A stretch of DNA of 64,000 nucleotides from Candidatus Neptunichlamydia sp. (GCA_965233865.1 OZ247587.1:768001-832000), one strand, 5' to 3'; shown: positions 20,458 through 31,091, numbered from the stretch's first letter. Program-made: numbers and translations. The notes: a model not told the origin generated them from the sequence alone.

Positions 20458-21830
20458 CTAAAGCCTCCGCTCGAAAATATTTCTAATATTTGAGTCACCG
20501 ACAAAAAGCCTTCCTTAAATCGATCGAGTCCAAAACACTCATTAGGTGCATGCATATTATCAGTAGGAAGCCCCACGCCCATCATCACCAACTCTCCTCC
20601 ACATACACGCAAAAGTGTTGGAACAATCGGTATGGTTGCTCCACACAGCTGATGATAACAAGGTGCGCTATATACCTGTTCATACGCCTTGATCGTTCCC
20701 TCAACAGTATCCGATTGAGGAGAAGTCATCACACCAGGAGTGCCATGCCCTATTTCTAAACTTAACTCTATACCCTCTGGGAGATTATTTTTCAAAAAAG
20801 TGGGAATTTCTTTCAAAATTTTTTCAAGATCTTGGCCAGGAACTAAGCGGCAAGAGAGTTTTACAGATGCTTTTGCTGGGATAATTGTTTTAAACCCATC
20901 CCCGGTATACCCACTTTCTATTCCATTTATCTCAAGGGTCGGGCGAATCCAGTTCGACTCTAATAGTGAGTACTCTCCTTCCCCTTGAAATACTCTAACA
21001 TCTAGAGATGCTGTCTCTGCTTTCACATCCATGTCCCAATTCAGCATAGAGAGTGCTTCTTTTGAGAGGGGTTTGACCCCATCATAGAATCCAGGAATCG
21101 TTACCTTCCCTTGATCATCCCACATCTTTCCAAGCACTGTTGCTAAAGCGCGAGCCGGATTCAAAACCATTCCCCCAAAAATTCCTGAATGAAGGTCGCA
21201 ATTCGTATTGGTGACTGTTGCGCTGAAGTTTATAATGCCTCGAATCCCCAATGTAACAGCGGGTTTTCCCCTTGCTGACATATCTAGATCTACAACGAAA
21301 ACATGGTCTGCTCTAAGAGATTCTCTCTTTGCCTCGGCAATTCCTTCCAACCCTGGACTTCCTATCTCTTCTTCTCCTTCGATCAAAACTTTGATATGCA
21401 CTTTTTTTTCTTTAGCAAGTTCAAGAAAAGCTCGAATTCCTATGAGAGTATAAAAACCTTGCCCTTTGTTATCGATTGCTCCACGAGCATAGACAACATT
21501 ATCACGCACCTCGGGCTCAAAGGGCGGGCTTTTCCACTCATCAAGAGGAACCGCAGGCTGCACATCATAATGCCCATAAAAAAGAAGCGTTGGAGAATTC
21601 TTTTCTTTTGAAGGCTTTTCTCCAAAAACAGCGGGATGTCCCGACGTCTCCCAAACCTCTACGTTAAGACCACAAGATTCCATATAGGAGACTAGCCACT
21701 TTTGACAAGCTAACATGTCATTTTTGTGAGCAGGGTCGGTGCTGATACTGGGAAACTTTAGAAAAGTAAAAAAGTCATCTAGAACACTCGTGCGATTCTT
21801 TTCAAACCACGCGTCATAATCCTTAAGCAT
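20445..21830 (-). CDS. M20-family dipeptidase
   Basis: YGHYDVQP, ARGAIDNKGQ, EGEEEIGS, DLHSG, HAPNE. Confidence 0.93.
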   Translation of the reverse strand: MLKDYDAWFEKNRTSVLDDFFTFLKFPSISTDPAHKNDMLACQKWLVSYMESCGLNVEVWETSGHPAVFGEKPSKEKNSPTLLFYGHYDVQPAVPLDEWKSPPFEPEVRDNVVYARGAIDNKGQGFYTLIGIRAFLELAKEKKVHIKVLIEGEEEIGSPGLEGIAEAKRESLRADHVFVVDLDMSARGKPAVTLGIRGIINFSATVTNTNCDLHSGIFGGMVLNPARALATVLGKMWDDQGKVTIPGFYDGVKPLSKEALSMLNWDMDVKAETASLDVRVFQGEGEYSLLESNWIRPTLEINGIESGYTGDGFKTIIPAKASVKLSCRLVPGQDLEKILKEIPTFLKNNLPEGIELSLEIGHGTPGVMTSPQSDTVEGTIKAYEQVYSAPCYHQLCGATIPIVPTLLRVCGGELVMMGVGLPTDNMHAPNECFGLDRFKEGFLSVTQILEIFSSGGFRWHA

Positions 21831-21912
21831 TAGTATAATCCTTACTTTCTAAGAACCCATCCTTATAATCAATTTACTGAGATAGGTTCAAAGATTATAC
21901 AGGATGAAGGCT

Positions 21913-22116
21913 TTATTCCAAATATCTCTCGGCGCTTTTCATCAGATAGGCGATTAAATCAGGGTCTCCGTTGCAATCCATTTCCACACTCATTTTGCCT
22001 CCTTTAGAGGGTTTTGAACATGTAATGAGTACAAAAGAGAGCTCTTCATCAGAAAGGGCTTTTTTTAATCGAGAGACACTTTGGGGGCGAAAATCAGTTC
22101 TTATAACTTTGGACAT
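21913..22116 (-). CDS. Small hypothetical protein
   Basis: 67-aa ORF filling the intergenic space, co-oriented with the peptidase. Confidence 0.55.
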   Translation of the reverse strand: MSKVIRTDFRPQSVSRLKKALSDEELSFVLITCSKPSKGGKMSVEMDCNGDPDLIAYLMKSAERYLE

Positions 22117-22298
22117 CTTTTCTCACTGCTAATACTAAATAAAAGACAATTTTTTGCACATAAGATATTTATGTGCAATCAAACTCTCCCCTTTCTTTAA
22201 TTAAAATATTGTTTCGGTTGTAAAGGTGGATAGAAATGGTTAATAAGTGATAGACTTGGCTCTTATAGTGCTTTAACTTTAAATCGAGGAGTTTCAAG

Positions 22299-23183
22299 AT
22301 GTTTAAACGCGTGGCACTTTTTCTACTAATTAACTGTTTAGTTATCCTAACAATTTCCGTTGTCCTATCACTGCTAAACGTAAAACCCTATCTCACAACG
22401 CATGGATTAGACTTACAATCCCTGATGATTTTTTGTCTAATTTGGGGAATGTGTGGCGCTTTGATCTCTCTTGCTCTTTCGAGAAAAATGGCTAAATGGC
22501 TCATGCGCGTGCAATTGGTTACGCCTCAAGGAAACCATGCTGATGTTTACCATATAGTGGCAAAACTAGCCCGCGATGCCAACCTCCCAAACGCCCCCGA
22601 AGTGGGGATTTTTGATTCTCCCCAGCCTAATGCTTTCGCAACAGGCCCTACCAAGAGACGTTCTCTTGTTGCCATTTCTACGGGGCTTATGAGTGCTATG
22701 AGCAAAGAGGAGCTTGAAGCAGTTCTTGCCCACGAAATTTCTCACATCTCAAATGGCGACATGGTGACAATGACCCTTATACAGGGAATTGTGAATGCTT
22801 TTGTTATGTTCCTTGCTCGCGTTCTTGCTTATGCAGTATCTGCTACTAGCCGCTCGGATAATCGGCGTTCTTCCTATATGAGCTATTACCTTTTTACAAT
22901 CCTATTCGAAGTTGTTTTTATGGTCTTTGGAGCAATAGTGATTGGCGCGTTTTCTAGAGCTCGAGAGTTTCGCGCTGACAGAGGTGGGGCTATCTTAACG
23001 CGCAAGGAGCACATGATTGCTGCACTACAAAAACTGAAAACATTCAAAGCGGGCCCAGCAAACATGAAAAGTTCAATGAATGCCCTGATGATCTCCACGC
23101 CAAGCAAACAAGGCCTTCTGCGCCTACTTGCATCGCATCCCCCTCTTGATGTTCGTATTGAGCGACTGCAGCAAGAAATTTAA
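22299..23183 (+). CDS. htpX: Zinc metalloprotease HtpX
   Basis: PNAFATG, AHEISH, NGDMVTMTLIQG, FSRAREFRAD, SHPPL. Confidence 0.96.
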   Translation: MFKRVALFLLINCLVILTISVVLSLLNVKPYLTTHGLDLQSLMIFCLIWGMCGALISLALSRKMAKWLMRVQLVTPQGNHADVYHIVAKLARDANLPNAPEVGIFDSPQPNAFATGPTKRRSLVAISTGLMSAMSKEELEAVLAHEISHISNGDMVTMTLIQGIVNAFVMFLARVLAYAVSATSRSDNRRSSYMSYYLFTILFEVVFMVFGAIVIGAFSRAREFRADRGGAILTRKEHMIAALQKLKTFKAGPANMKSSMNALMISTPSKQGLLRLLASHPPLDVRIERLQQEI

Positions 23184-23208
23184 GAAGCGGTTTGTGACGA
23201 CACTATAT

Positions 23209-26200
23209 CTAAACCTTTTGAGCTTCAGGAATTCTCCTGAACTTGTTGTAGACCCATGCAGGAGAACCAATAAACGAACTACGCGCCCAGCGATAACCTC
23301 TATAGAAAGCTGCTAGAGCAACAAAGATTTTTATCAGTTCGCTCCACTCTATTCTCAGCCCTGCACAAGCGCTCTTTTGGGAGGGTGTGTTGAAAGCCGC
23401 TTGAAAAAGCTGCGGGACTCTAGATTGAAGATGCCCCATATCAACAAGCAACTTTGCAAGAACCAGAGGATGAATGTCACCCTTTAAAACAACTTCGTAC
23501 TCCTCCATGGGGATAGCAATCTCATTAAAAACACCTTTTTCCTCTAATGCCAAATAATGTCTAACTGGCAAGGGAGCCATTTCATACATCATCTGATGCG
23601 CAATATAGATCAGCTGTTTTTTGATCTCTCCTGATGGAACCTTGCTTCGAACATCTTCTGGAATTTCAGGGTGCGTTTGATAAAATGCCGAAAGAGACGT
23701 TGTGGTGCATTTAAAATGCTCTGGCAAAGCAAGTAAGGTCTCAAGGCCCCCTGAAACGCTCCATAAATCGGTTTCTAACTCTTTAATCCTATCTTGAGCA
23801 GCATTGTCAAGCTCCGCTTGTTTTTCTGCGATATACTCCTTTTTTACCTTTTCAAAGCTGTCTGTAGGAGTAACGCCATATCCTTGAAGGAATTTAAAGA
23901 ATTCTTTCTCTGAGTACGGCTCTCTGCTAGCTGTAAGTCCCATATATTTAAGCGCTTCAATGGTGAGTGTTTCATCTAATCCGACTTCTTGGGCTTTGCG
24001 GCGAAGCTCTACATTCTGCCCATGCCACTGCGGAGCTATCCTTGTTCCAAGTGTATCAAACATCAGGTCATAAAAATCTTTATTTTCACCCAGAAGTTCA
24101 TAGAGAACCTCAATGATATATCCAGGGGTATATTCCCTACCAAATGCGTCATAAGCATCTTTTGGGGTATTGTAAGTAACGTTATCAACAACGAGCCGAC
24201 CATACACTGGTTGATGGGGCAACGCGCGCGAATCTCGTAGAAAATAGATTAAATTATCTCTTACATGAGTATCACTGTAATTAGCCGCTGTGAGTCTCTC
24301 AATGATATTACCCCTAGCCTGACCAAGAGAAGCCTGGAGCTGTTGCTCAAAACCATTAAAACTAATCTCTATATCTCCAAGGCGTTTGCGAGTAACATCA
24401 AAGACATCATTCCACCGACTATGGCAAACCAAACAATCTTTTAACATCTCAACAAGGATCTTTCCCGCACTCTTTGAAAGGCACCGGTTCTCTCCAAGAT
24501 CTTTTTCGAGATAATAGAGGATCCAGTTCAGTTGCCTCACATAAATCGCCTTTGCTTCCCCACTGATCGCATACATATTTGAACTGTTTTTTATCCCCTT
24601 AACTATTCTGTCAACTCCTTCTTCAAGTTCTTTTTGACTACGAACAATCTTAACGTCGCCTAAAGTATCAGTACGATCCGCCTCGGAAATCTCCAGGAAA
24701 TTAATTTTATTAAAGAACCCCTTCAGAGTTTTCATATCGTAGCTCTCACTGAGAAGGGGAATCTCTAGATCTTCTTGAATCCCTCGATATTGCTCAAAAT
24801 GCGTCGATGGAATCGTAAATAGGGCGTTCCAAAACCATCGCGTATCCATCTTTGGAGATTCAGACTTCAATTCTTTAAGCCGATCATAAATCACTTGAAA
24901 TTCATGCTCTCTAGCGAGCCTTTGGAGCCCTTCTACGTCGTGGCAATAGGCTATAATTTTAAATTCAAGAAGCTCTTCACCAGGGTGCTTTTTAAGAAGT
25001 GGCCCATGGCGATACCCCGCTTTCATCAAAGCCTTATCTCCTTTAAGCGTTAATGTCTTAGATCTACTGTTTTTACGCGCATCGTAAAAGGCATCTGTTG
25101 GTTGATAAAAATCTTGATTCACAAGTGCAAGGAAATCTTCATATTTCTCTTTATCAAAACAAAATTCTGCTAAATGTTCCCAAGCCCACAAAGGCTTTAA
25201 ACGAGGAAATTCTTTTTTTAACTCTCTATAATATTGAATGACTATTTTCATTGAATTCTGCTCTAGAGCTTGGACTAAGGCTTCTTCATCACAGGTTATA
25301 ATTGCCTTTTCGATAAGGTGATTAAATGTTTTTTCTTGATCATTATTCGAAAGCCGATCCTTGATGATTTTTTCATACCCCATGGTGACAAGAAACCGCA
25401 CAAAGTCTCGAGAGACATCCGTTACCCTATTACCACACGGATTCAAAAAGCTATCTTTGAAAAAAGGATCGACTTTAAGGAACCGACCATCGACAAGAGA
25501 TTTTGCAAGTCCTTGCTTTTTGCTTGCAATAACTCTTTGAAGAAGCTCTCCTTTTCCTGTAAATTTTATTTCGTTTAAAGCTTCAATCTTTCCGCCGCGG
25601 TTGAGAAGCTGTATGACCCATTTATCATTTATTTTATCTGGGGCTTTGTTTCGGCAATATCCGGCTAATATATGCTCCCAAATCCAATCCGTATTCAGTA
25701 AGGGAAATTCCTGTTTTAACTCTACAAGACCATTATCCAAATCCGGAAGCCCAAGCTCCGTCAACACTCCCTCAAGCAAGGCTATCTGGCCCGTCATAAT
25801 GAGCTTTTCCAATGAATTATTTATACAGCTGTTACTAACACCGCATCTCTCTTCAACGGTTGCTGGGTAACCAATCTGAAGGAGGAAGGTTTTCTCAGCA
25901 AGGGTTACTCCTCTAAATATCTCTTGTGAGTAGTAAGGCTTAGGATCTATAATCGCTTCTTCGCATAGTCTTCTAGCAAACAAGACAAGCTCTTTTGAGA
26001 AAAGATGCATTAGAAGATCTTTACCTGAAATTTTTACGGTTTGAGCAGTCCTCTCAGCGATAAGAATTTCCCGAATTACCGTCTCATTATTTCCAGAATT
26101 TTCGAGATAGCCCTGAAGAAAGCATCCCCAGATCCACTCTACACGAAGGTGTGGAAGAGTCTCCTTAAGTTTCCCCACTTCCTTAAAGGTTCCGAGGCTA

Positions 26201-26910
26201 TTCACTCTTTTTTTGAGATACGCAACGTTACCTGTCATGATTGCTTCCTCAAGAGGAAGCTCGGTTTTAAGGTCGTAGGTGTATTGACTACGGCTTTCAA
26301 TAGGAGCATCATATCCCCAATGAAGCAAGAACGTGCGACACGCTTGATTTTCTTTAATTTTATCAAAAAATACATCCTTAAGATAAGGGCGCACCTCAAA
26401 GAGGTTCTCACTTGCAAGTTCCTCAGCAAGCTCTACTTTTCCATTAAGCAATAAGTGCTCTAAAAACGTCCCCCCATTTCTATCTGTTGCTTCAGGGTCG
26501 GCTTTTCCTTTAATTAACATGCGAATAACTTCAGGATCCAAAGACTGAAAAAGAAGAGGAACACCAGCTAGATTTTTTGCATTGGGATCCATTCCTAATT
26601 CAAGGTAATTCCTGACTTGATCTTGATCTCCCTTTATAAGAGCTCGCTCAAAAGACTGCTTGATCGTTACTCTGAGCGCCAGAAAGACTCGAAAAGCAAT
26701 GACATTAACGGCTGGAGCTAGCAGGAAAGCTGTCTGAACCGTATGAGATCCAATGTTTCTTAGGATTTGGATGCTAAAATCTTCTTTTGAAAGATTTCCA
26801 ACTTTTATCATCACATACTGAGCTTGATAAACTCCTTCCATAAGAGGCTCATGAAGATATCGATCATATACAAAAGATGGTAGAGGCCCACATCCAATAG
26901 AAACGCTCAT
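23209..26910 (-). CDS. Large ankyrin-repeat, effector-like protein
   Basis: ANK-like segments (YLELGMDPNAKN..G.PLL, LIKGKADPEATD..GGTFL) and four internal helical repeats; 1233 aa. Confidence 0.75.
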   Translation of the reverse strand: MSVSIGCGPLPSFVYDRYLHEPLMEGVYQAQYVMIKVGNLSKEDFSIQILRNIGSHTVQTAFLLAPAVNVIAFRVFLALRVTIKQSFERALIKGDQDQVRNYLELGMDPNAKNLAGVPLLFQSLDPEVIRMLIKGKADPEATDRNGGTFLEHLLLNGKVELAEELASENLFEVRPYLKDVFFDKIKENQACRTFLLHWGYDAPIESRSQYTYDLKTELPLEEAIMTGNVAYLKKRVNSLGTFKEVGKLKETLPHLRVEWIWGCFLQGYLENSGNNETVIREILIAERTAQTVKISGKDLLMHLFSKELVLFARRLCEEAIIDPKPYYSQEIFRGVTLAEKTFLLQIGYPATVEERCGVSNSCINNSLEKLIMTGQIALLEGVLTELGLPDLDNGLVELKQEFPLLNTDWIWEHILAGYCRNKAPDKINDKWVIQLLNRGGKIEALNEIKFTGKGELLQRVIASKKQGLAKSLVDGRFLKVDPFFKDSFLNPCGNRVTDVSRDFVRFLVTMGYEKIIKDRLSNNDQEKTFNHLIEKAIITCDEEALVQALEQNSMKIVIQYYRELKKEFPRLKPLWAWEHLAEFCFDKEKYEDFLALVNQDFYQPTDAFYDARKNSRSKTLTLKGDKALMKAGYRHGPLLKKHPGEELLEFKIIAYCHDVEGLQRLAREHEFQVIYDRLKELKSESPKMDTRWFWNALFTIPSTHFEQYRGIQEDLEIPLLSESYDMKTLKGFFNKINFLEISEADRTDTLGDVKIVRSQKELEEGVDRIVKGIKNSSNMYAISGEAKAIYVRQLNWILYYLEKDLGENRCLSKSAGKILVEMLKDCLVCHSRWNDVFDVTRKRLGDIEISFNGFEQQLQASLGQARGNIIERLTAANYSDTHVRDNLIYFLRDSRALPHQPVYGRLVVDNVTYNTPKDAYDAFGREYTPGYIIEVLYELLGENKDFYDLMFDTLGTRIAPQWHGQNVELRRKAQEVGLDETLTIEALKYMGLTASREPYSEKEFFKFLQGYGVTPTDSFEKVKKEYIAEKQAELDNAAQDRIKELETDLWSVSGGLETLLALPEHFKCTTTSLSAFYQTHPEIPEDVRSKVPSGEIKKQLIYIAHQMMYEMAPLPVRHYLALEEKGVFNEIAIPMEEYEVVLKGDIHPLVLAKLLVDMGHLQSRVPQLFQAAFNTPSQKSACAGLRIEWSELIKIFVALAAFYRGYRWARSSFIGSPAWVYNKFRRIPEAQKV

Positions 26911-26986
26911 TTTAAACCTAAACCATTGTTATTTGGCTAGAATGGTACCAAAAAAAGGGTTTTATTGGAGGAAATTATGTCAAAAA

Positions 26987-28315
26987 TTAGGTTAACAAGA
27001 CTCGAGTATGGGAGACTTCTTCTAATAAGCCATCCTTCCCTAGGATAACTACCTTCTTAGGTTGAATTTTTTCAGTTAAGCTAGTCAAGCTATCTGACTG
27101 AACAACAATGAAATCTACCTCATGAAGTGAGGAGAGAAGAGAAAGAAAATCCTGATCAGGATCGGTATTTATAAGATAGATCATGAGCCGATCGTCTCCA
27201 CTCTGCCTAGAAAGTTTTTTAATCTGAGAAAAAAGAGCACTAGAAACCCCATCCTCAGTATTGATTCCTAAAACGGTAAGTTTTTTATTTATTAGAGCCT
27301 GTTCCAAGGTAAAGAGGTGACTCTCATCAAATATTTTATTACTGCTATTAGTCTCTAGAAGGCGCTCCGCAAGTTCAGAAAGAGAAACACGGGCACACCC
27401 CAAACGCTCAATAGCAATCCCTGCGGCAATATTCGAAAGCTCAAGCCCCTCTTGGAGACTCAACCCCGACGCAAATGTCATCGTCGTCATTGCAAGCACC
27501 GTATCACCAGCACCCGTAACATCCTTGACTTCCCTTGTTTTTACGGGGAAATCAAAACGGGTACGATTCTTCTTAAATAGGGAAATTCCTTGTTCACTTC
27601 GGGTCACCATAATCATTTCTGACGCAGTTTGATCAAGTAAGGCATTGCCAATCGCGTCAAGATCCGCATCACTCGTCAGCTTAGACGCGGCTACCGCCTC
27701 CTTATAATTAGGTTTAATAAGTGTCGCGCCACGATATTTTGTAAAATCTTCCCCTTTTGGATCAATAATCGTAGGGATCCCGTTTTCTTGAGCAATATTA
27801 ATCACCATTTTGAGAAGAGATTTTGATAGGAACCCTTTTGCATAATCAGAAATTGCAATCACTTCTACCTGGAGTTTTAGCGAAAGGATGTAATCAATCA
27901 CTTTCTTTTCAATTTCTTCAGAAAGGGCGGAAATACACTCTTGGTCAACCCTAATAAGCTGCTGAGCGTCTGCTATAAACCGATTTTTGAGTGGAGTACT
28001 TACCCCATTTTGGGTAAAAATTCCCTCAATTTTGATGCCTTCCTTTTCTAAAAGAGCTTTGATGCAAGCTCCCTCTTTGTCATCGCCGACACGTCCAACA
28101 GCAATTACATCAGCTCCGAGAGCCTTAAGATTTAAAACAACATTGCCAGCTCCACCAGGAAGATCATGAGATTCCTGCACATGAAGTATTGGAACAGGCG
28201 CCTCAGGAGAGATCCTTTGCACACGTCCAGTCGTATAGGTATCGAGCATAAAGTCGCCCAGCACCAAAGCCTTTGCAGGTCTAAGGCGGCTGAACGAGCC
28301 GAGAAGTTTTACCAT
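26987..28315 (-). CDS. hldE: D-glycero-D-manno-heptose-7-phosphate kinase (HldE/RfaE) with a degenerate C-terminal domain
   Basis: GDFMLD, RISPEAPVP, GGAGNV, SDYAKG, DVTGAGDT; no HxGH motif in domain II. Confidence 0.88.
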   Translation of the reverse strand: MVKLLGSFSRLRPAKALVLGDFMLDTYTTGRVQRISPEAPVPILHVQESHDLPGGAGNVVLNLKALGADVIAVGRVGDDKEGACIKALLEKEGIKIEGIFTQNGVSTPLKNRFIADAQQLIRVDQECISALSEEIEKKVIDYILSLKLQVEVIAISDYAKGFLSKSLLKMVINIAQENGIPTIIDPKGEDFTKYRGATLIKPNYKEAVAASKLTSDADLDAIGNALLDQTASEMIMVTRSEQGISLFKKNRTRFDFPVKTREVKDVTGAGDTVLAMTTMTFASGLSLQEGLELSNIAAGIAIERLGCARVSLSELAERLLETNSSNKIFDESHLFTLEQALINKKLTVLGINTEDGVSSALFSQIKKLSRQSGDDRLMIYLINTDPDQDFLSLLSSLHEVDFIVVQSDSLTSLTEKIQPKKVVILGKDGLLEEVSHTRVLLT

Positions 28316-29316
28316 CTTTCATCCTTTAGGAGATAGTTTGTCACATAATCTTCAATTGCAGAGTTAAAGGTAAAATCTGGTTTGTATTCTAATTTTTTAG
28401 CTTGAATTGCGTTTTGAAACTTACTCATTTCAGCGCAGGTATAGTTTTGATATTTGTCCATCAAGTCTTCCGGCATAGGAATGTATTCGATATTTTCTTT
28501 TTTCTCCATGGATTTAAAAACATTTTTAGCCATTGCATTCCAAGTATTCGCCTCACCACTCCCCACGTTGAAAATTCCCCCAATCTCGCTTTTAAGAAGT
28601 AGAGAGATCATCTTGACAGCATCTTTGACGTAGAAAAAATCGCGACATTGATCTCCATCTCCAAATTGAAGAGGGTCAGACGATTTAAATAACCGCACTT
28701 TTCCTGTCTTGTGAATTTGATCAACCATGTGAATCACCATCGAAGCCATCCGCCCCTTGTGGTACTCATTAGGACCAAAAATATTGAAAAATTTTAAACC
28801 AACGACCTGATCCAGTACCCCTTGCTCCTGAAGCCACTTATCAAACATCTGTTTGGAAAAACCATATAAATTCAAAGGCTTTAAATCATCAAGCATCTCT
28901 ACATCGTCAGCAAATCCTAGAGATCCGTCTCCATAGGTTGCCGCTGAAGAGGCATAGATGAAACGGTGATTGTGCTCAAGGGCATACTCAGCAAGCTTCA
29001 CCGAAAAACAATAGTTGGTCTTCATGAAATAGTCACCATCAGACTCAATAGTACTTGAACAAGCCCCCATATGGATAAAAGCTTCTATCTCCTGCCCCCT
29101 TCCATCTAGGTAATCAAAGATATCATCGCGAGAGACAAAGTGAATAAACCGCTTATTCCGCAAATTCATCCATTTAATGCTGCTTCGAAAATCATCAACA
29201 AGAAGGAGGTTATAATACCCTTGGTCGTTGAGGTAACGGATCATCGCCGATCCAATAAAACCGGCAGCACCTGTCACGACTATCAACTGATCATCATAAA
29301 TCTTAGTCTTCATCAC
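28309..29316 (-). CDS. hldD: ADP-L-glycero-D-manno-heptose-6-epimerase
   Basis: TGAAGFIGS, YASSAATYG, PLNLYGFSK, GPNEYHKGRMAS. Confidence 0.95.
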   Translation of the reverse strand: MMKTKIYDDQLIVVTGAAGFIGSAMIRYLNDQGYYNLLLVDDFRSSIKWMNLRNKRFIHFVSRDDIFDYLDGRGQEIEAFIHMGACSSTIESDGDYFMKTNYCFSVKLAEYALEHNHRFIYASSAATYGDGSLGFADDVEMLDDLKPLNLYGFSKQMFDKWLQEQGVLDQVVGLKFFNIFGPNEYHKGRMASMVIHMVDQIHKTGKVRLFKSSDPLQFGDGDQCRDFFYVKDAVKMISLLLKSEIGGIFNVGSGEANTWNAMAKNVFKSMEKKENIEYIPMPEDLMDKYQNYTCAEMSKFQNAIQAKKLEYKPDFTFNSAIEDYVTNYLLKDERW

Positions 29317-29641
29317 CTCTCGATGATGGCATACCTCTGACTATTTGGAAAGAGGTTCTTCCATTTTTGCCTGCAGATAGGTTAAAAGATTTTTCACATA
29401 TAACTGGAAAATTGAATTCTGAGCAAACTCAAGAAGGAGATAACTTGGACGGTAGAACATTGGGTATTGAATCATTTTCAATAAACTTTAATACCGTCTC
29501 TTCATATCCTCTAGAATAAGGTTTCACCTTCCCCTAAATTCCTGACTGCTCCACAAATTTTTCACGAACAATATCAACCCACGCATGAAACTTGATCCCT
29601 GTTGCTATTTTTATTTGAAAAAGGCGAGAGAAATCCAAGCT

Positions 29642-30457
29642 TTAAATCTCATACCACTTTGACCCCTTTCGAGAAATGTACGAGCTCTTCCAAAATTGAA
29701 CATCTGGGAGCGCCGGACTTTCAACTGTCCCAAAGCAGAAAAATGCGGTACCGCTTCCTGTCATAGCAACCGAATCGAACCCAAGAGCAAACAATTTACT
29801 CTTCAGCTCCTTTAGGTCCGGGCGAAGAGAAAATGCCGGAAATTCCAAATCATTAATCCCCCACTTTCTTTTCTTCAGTAGGTGCGTTGGATCATCGAGA
29901 TTCACATTAGATTTGCAATGTTTATAGACAAGTGGAGTAGAAAGACCAGGACCGATCGGCTTAGCCAGATAGAGATCCTTCTTTGGCAAAGGATCTAAAA
30001 GCTTAACAATTTCCCCACATCCTGTTGTATAAGCCGTACCGTTGGAAAAAAAGAAAGGCGCATCAAAGGAGATTTCCCCTGCCCACTTGGCAAGCTTTAT
30101 CTCTAAAAGCTCCAAGCCAGAAAGCTGGTTCATTGCATAAAGGGTTGTTGCGATATTGCCACTACCCCCGCCGAGTCCTCCTTCAAAAGGGATCCGCTTT
30201 TTAGCATGGATGGCAAGTGGAACATCAAATCCTGTTTTCTGTCGAAACAGGTTGCGAGCCTTATGGATAAAGTTGTTTTTGTCTGTGGGAATGTGAGGAT
30301 CTGTGCAGGTCAAAGAATCCTCCACTGCTAGATCAAACTGAAGTGTGTCACAAAGAGAGATGGCCTGCATAAGACTTGCGATCTCATGAAAGCCATCATC
30401 ACGTTTTTTTAAGATGCGAAAAAAAAGGTTGAGTTTCGCTGGAGAATAGAGCTTCAC
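29642..30457 (-). CDS. ispE: 4-diphosphocytidyl-2C-methyl-D-erythritol kinase
   Basis: SPAKLNLF, GGLGGGSGN, MTGSGTA. Confidence 0.95.
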   Translation of the reverse strand: MKLYSPAKLNLFFRILKKRDDGFHEIASLMQAISLCDTLQFDLAVEDSLTCTDPHIPTDKNNFIHKARNLFRQKTGFDVPLAIHAKKRIPFEGGLGGGSGNIATTLYAMNQLSGLELLEIKLAKWAGEISFDAPFFFSNGTAYTTGCGEIVKLLDPLPKKDLYLAKPIGPGLSTPLVYKHCKSNVNLDDPTHLLKKRKWGINDLEFPAFSLRPDLKELKSKLFALGFDSVAMTGSGTAFFCFGTVESPALPDVQFWKSSYISRKGSKWYEI

Positions 30458-31086
30458 TCTTTAGAGCGCTCTTCCAGTTCTTCTTTCATCTCTTTTTCCC
30501 GTTCGCTGCGCATTGGAAGATTCCCAGATGGCTCTTCAGGATCTTCAGTAGCCGCAAGAGCCTGTTCTTGCTCTTCATCAATAACTTCAACCTTTGGCTT
30601 CGGCTCCCGAACTTTGGTCTCTCCCTCAATCTTGAGTTTGAAGGTTGCTGCAACATTTTCTTTTAGACGAAGATGTACATCAAAAGTACCAACAGTTTTA
30701 AAAGGCTTGGGAAGGATCACGTTCTTTCTTTCAATTGTAATGCTTTCCTGATTCTCAAGAATCTTGACGATATCAGGAGAAGCGACAGAACCATACAGAT
30801 GTCCTTGAGAGTCGTTCTTTACCTTCGTTGTCAAAGTCTTCTCTTTGAGGCGTACAGCCAAAGCTTGAGAATCTTTTTTGTCCTTTGCCGATTGTGCTGC
30901 ACGTTCAACCTGCAGCTGCTCCTGCATTCGAATGGTTCTTTTGTCAGCAATGACTGCCTTTTTCTGGGGAAGGAGGTAGTTACGGACAAAGCCTGGCTTT
31001 GCACTAGCAAGTTCCCCTTTCCTTCCAAGATTAATCACATCTTCTAGAAGAAGAAGCTGAGTTTTTGCACTTTTCTTTTGTTTCAT
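30454..31086 (-). CDS. rplI: 50S ribosomal protein L9 with acidic C-terminal extension
   Basis: LG.KGE....KPGFVRNYLLP, GHLYGSV. Confidence 0.96.
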   Translation of the reverse strand: MKQKKSAKTQLLLLEDVINLGRKGELASAKPGFVRNYLLPQKKAVIADKRTIRMQEQLQVERAAQSAKDKKDSQALAVRLKEKTLTTKVKNDSQGHLYGSVASPDIVKILENQESITIERKNVILPKPFKTVGTFDVHLRLKENVAATFKLKIEGETKVREPKPKVEVIDEEQEQALAATEDPEEPSGNLPMRSEREKEMKEELEERSKE

Positions 31087-31091
31087 ACTTA

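Noticed and set aside
29320..29640. Possible gene between ispE and hldD
   Set aside because: Minus-strand frames are interrupted by stops and no family is recognisable
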